A DNA stretch of 32,000 nt, from assembly GCF_000195855.1 (NCBI RefSeq), contig NC_002677.1:1170001-1202000 (forward strand), in the 5' to 3' direction. Positions 31,215-32,000 of this stretch are shown here, one piece after another (within the stretch, counting starts at the first letter, position 1; each line of letters opens with the position of its first letter). This stretch comes from Mycobacterium leprae TN (GTDB lineage Bacteria; Actinomycetota; Actinomycetes; Mycobacteriales; Mycobacteriaceae). The notes below the pieces were generated by a model. That model was given only the letters and a program-made list of their open reading frames with translations. It ran no database searches and was not told the origin of the DNA. The position numbers and the translations under genes were made by a program.

Positions 31215-32000
31215 ATGCTGGAACAGATCCGCAGGCCCGCTGATCTGCAGCATCTTTCTCAGCAGCAGCTACGGGATCTGGCTGCCGAGATCCGTGAGCT
31301 CCTCGTTCACAAGGTGGCGGCCACCGGGGGACACTTGGGGCCGAACCTGGGTGTTGTCGAACTCACGCTGGCGTTGCACCGAGTGTTCGACTCACCGCAT
31401 GATCCGATTATCTTCGACACCGGTCACCAGGCGTACGTCCACAAAATGTTGACGGGACGCTGTCAGGACTTCGACAGTCTGCGTAAAAAGGCCGGGTTGT
31501 CGGGGTACCCGTCTCGCGCCGAGAGCGAACACGACTGGGTGGAGTCCAGCCACGCCAGCACGGCGTTATCGTACGCCGACGGTCTGGCTAAGGCATTCGA
31601 GCTGGCCGGAAACCGCAACCGACACGTAGTCGCGGTGGTTGGGGACGGCGCGCTTACCGGTGGTATGTGCTGGGAGGCGCTTAACAATATCGCAGCAACA
31701 CCGCGTCCGGTGGTCATCGTAGTCAATGACAATGGTCGCAGTTACGCGCCCACGATTGGCGGTGTAGCCGATCACCTCGCCACGCTGCGGCTGCAGCCGG
31801 CCTACGAGCGGCTACTTGAGAAGGGGCGTGATGCACTTCACTCTTTGCCGCTGATAGGCCAGATCGCTTACCGTTTCATGCACAGTGTCAAAGCCGGTAT
31901 CAAGGATTCCCTATCGCCGCAGCTGCTGTTCACCGATCTCGGGCTAAAGTATGTTGGCCCGGTTGATGGTCACGATGAACATGCGGTAGAGGTCGCGTTG
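31215..32000 (+). CDS. dxs: 1-deoxy-D-xylulose-5-phosphate synthase, 5' part (truncated by window edge)
   Basis: Manual translation from ATG 31215 is open to the edge: '[108 protein letters not shown]...[21 protein letters not shown]', DXS TPP-binding motif. Missing from the ORF track because it has no stop in the window. Confidence 0.97.
   Translation, partial: MLEQIRRPADLQHLSQQQLRDLAAEIRELLVHKVAATGGHLGPNLGVVELTLALHRVFDSPHDPIIFDTGHQAYVHKMLTGRCQDFDSLRKKAGLSGYPSRAESEHDWVESSHASTALSYADGLAKAFELAGNRNRHVVAVVGDGALTGGMCWEALNNIAATPRPVVIVVNDNGRSYAPTIGGVADHLATLRLQPAYERLLEKGRDALHSLPLIGQIAYRFMHSVKAGIKDSLSPQLLFTDLGLKYVGPVDGHDEHAVEVAL

Overview
This 32 kb window looks like chromosome from a reductively evolving, leprosy-bacillus-like Mycobacterium. 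I identified genes by recognising protein families and by comparison with the gene order I recall around M. tuberculosis Rv2682c-Rv2721c; no search was run. Intact housekeeping islands alternate with decayed non-coding stretches. Intact ORFs: LGFP-repeat membrane protein, lexA, LysM protein, nrdR, nitrobindin-like, PAC2-family, ideR, sigB, DUF3099, DUF3039, YihY/BrkB, sigA, ppgK, suhB, cei, DUF4193, DUF3093, dut, DUF3710, alpha/beta hydrolase, ArsB-type transporter, CBS-domain protein, and dxs running off the right edge. Pseudogene remnants I can support by reading across frames: a large serine recombinase, PhzF-like, alpha/beta hydrolase, trypsin-like serine protease, sthA, RidA, TrkA/CeoB-like, an ABC-2 permease, and a DUF952 ORF that may be intact. 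Best second-look items: the serine recombinase relic at about 1.6 kb; a serine protease relic between the PAC2 gene and sthA; a recurring pattern of two-copy 17-24 bp tandem duplications at six loci; conserved SOS boxes; and a duplicated GTTCGAAC-containing element between cei and the DUF4193 gene. I found no convincing novel multi-gene system, CRISPR array, rRNA or tRNA.
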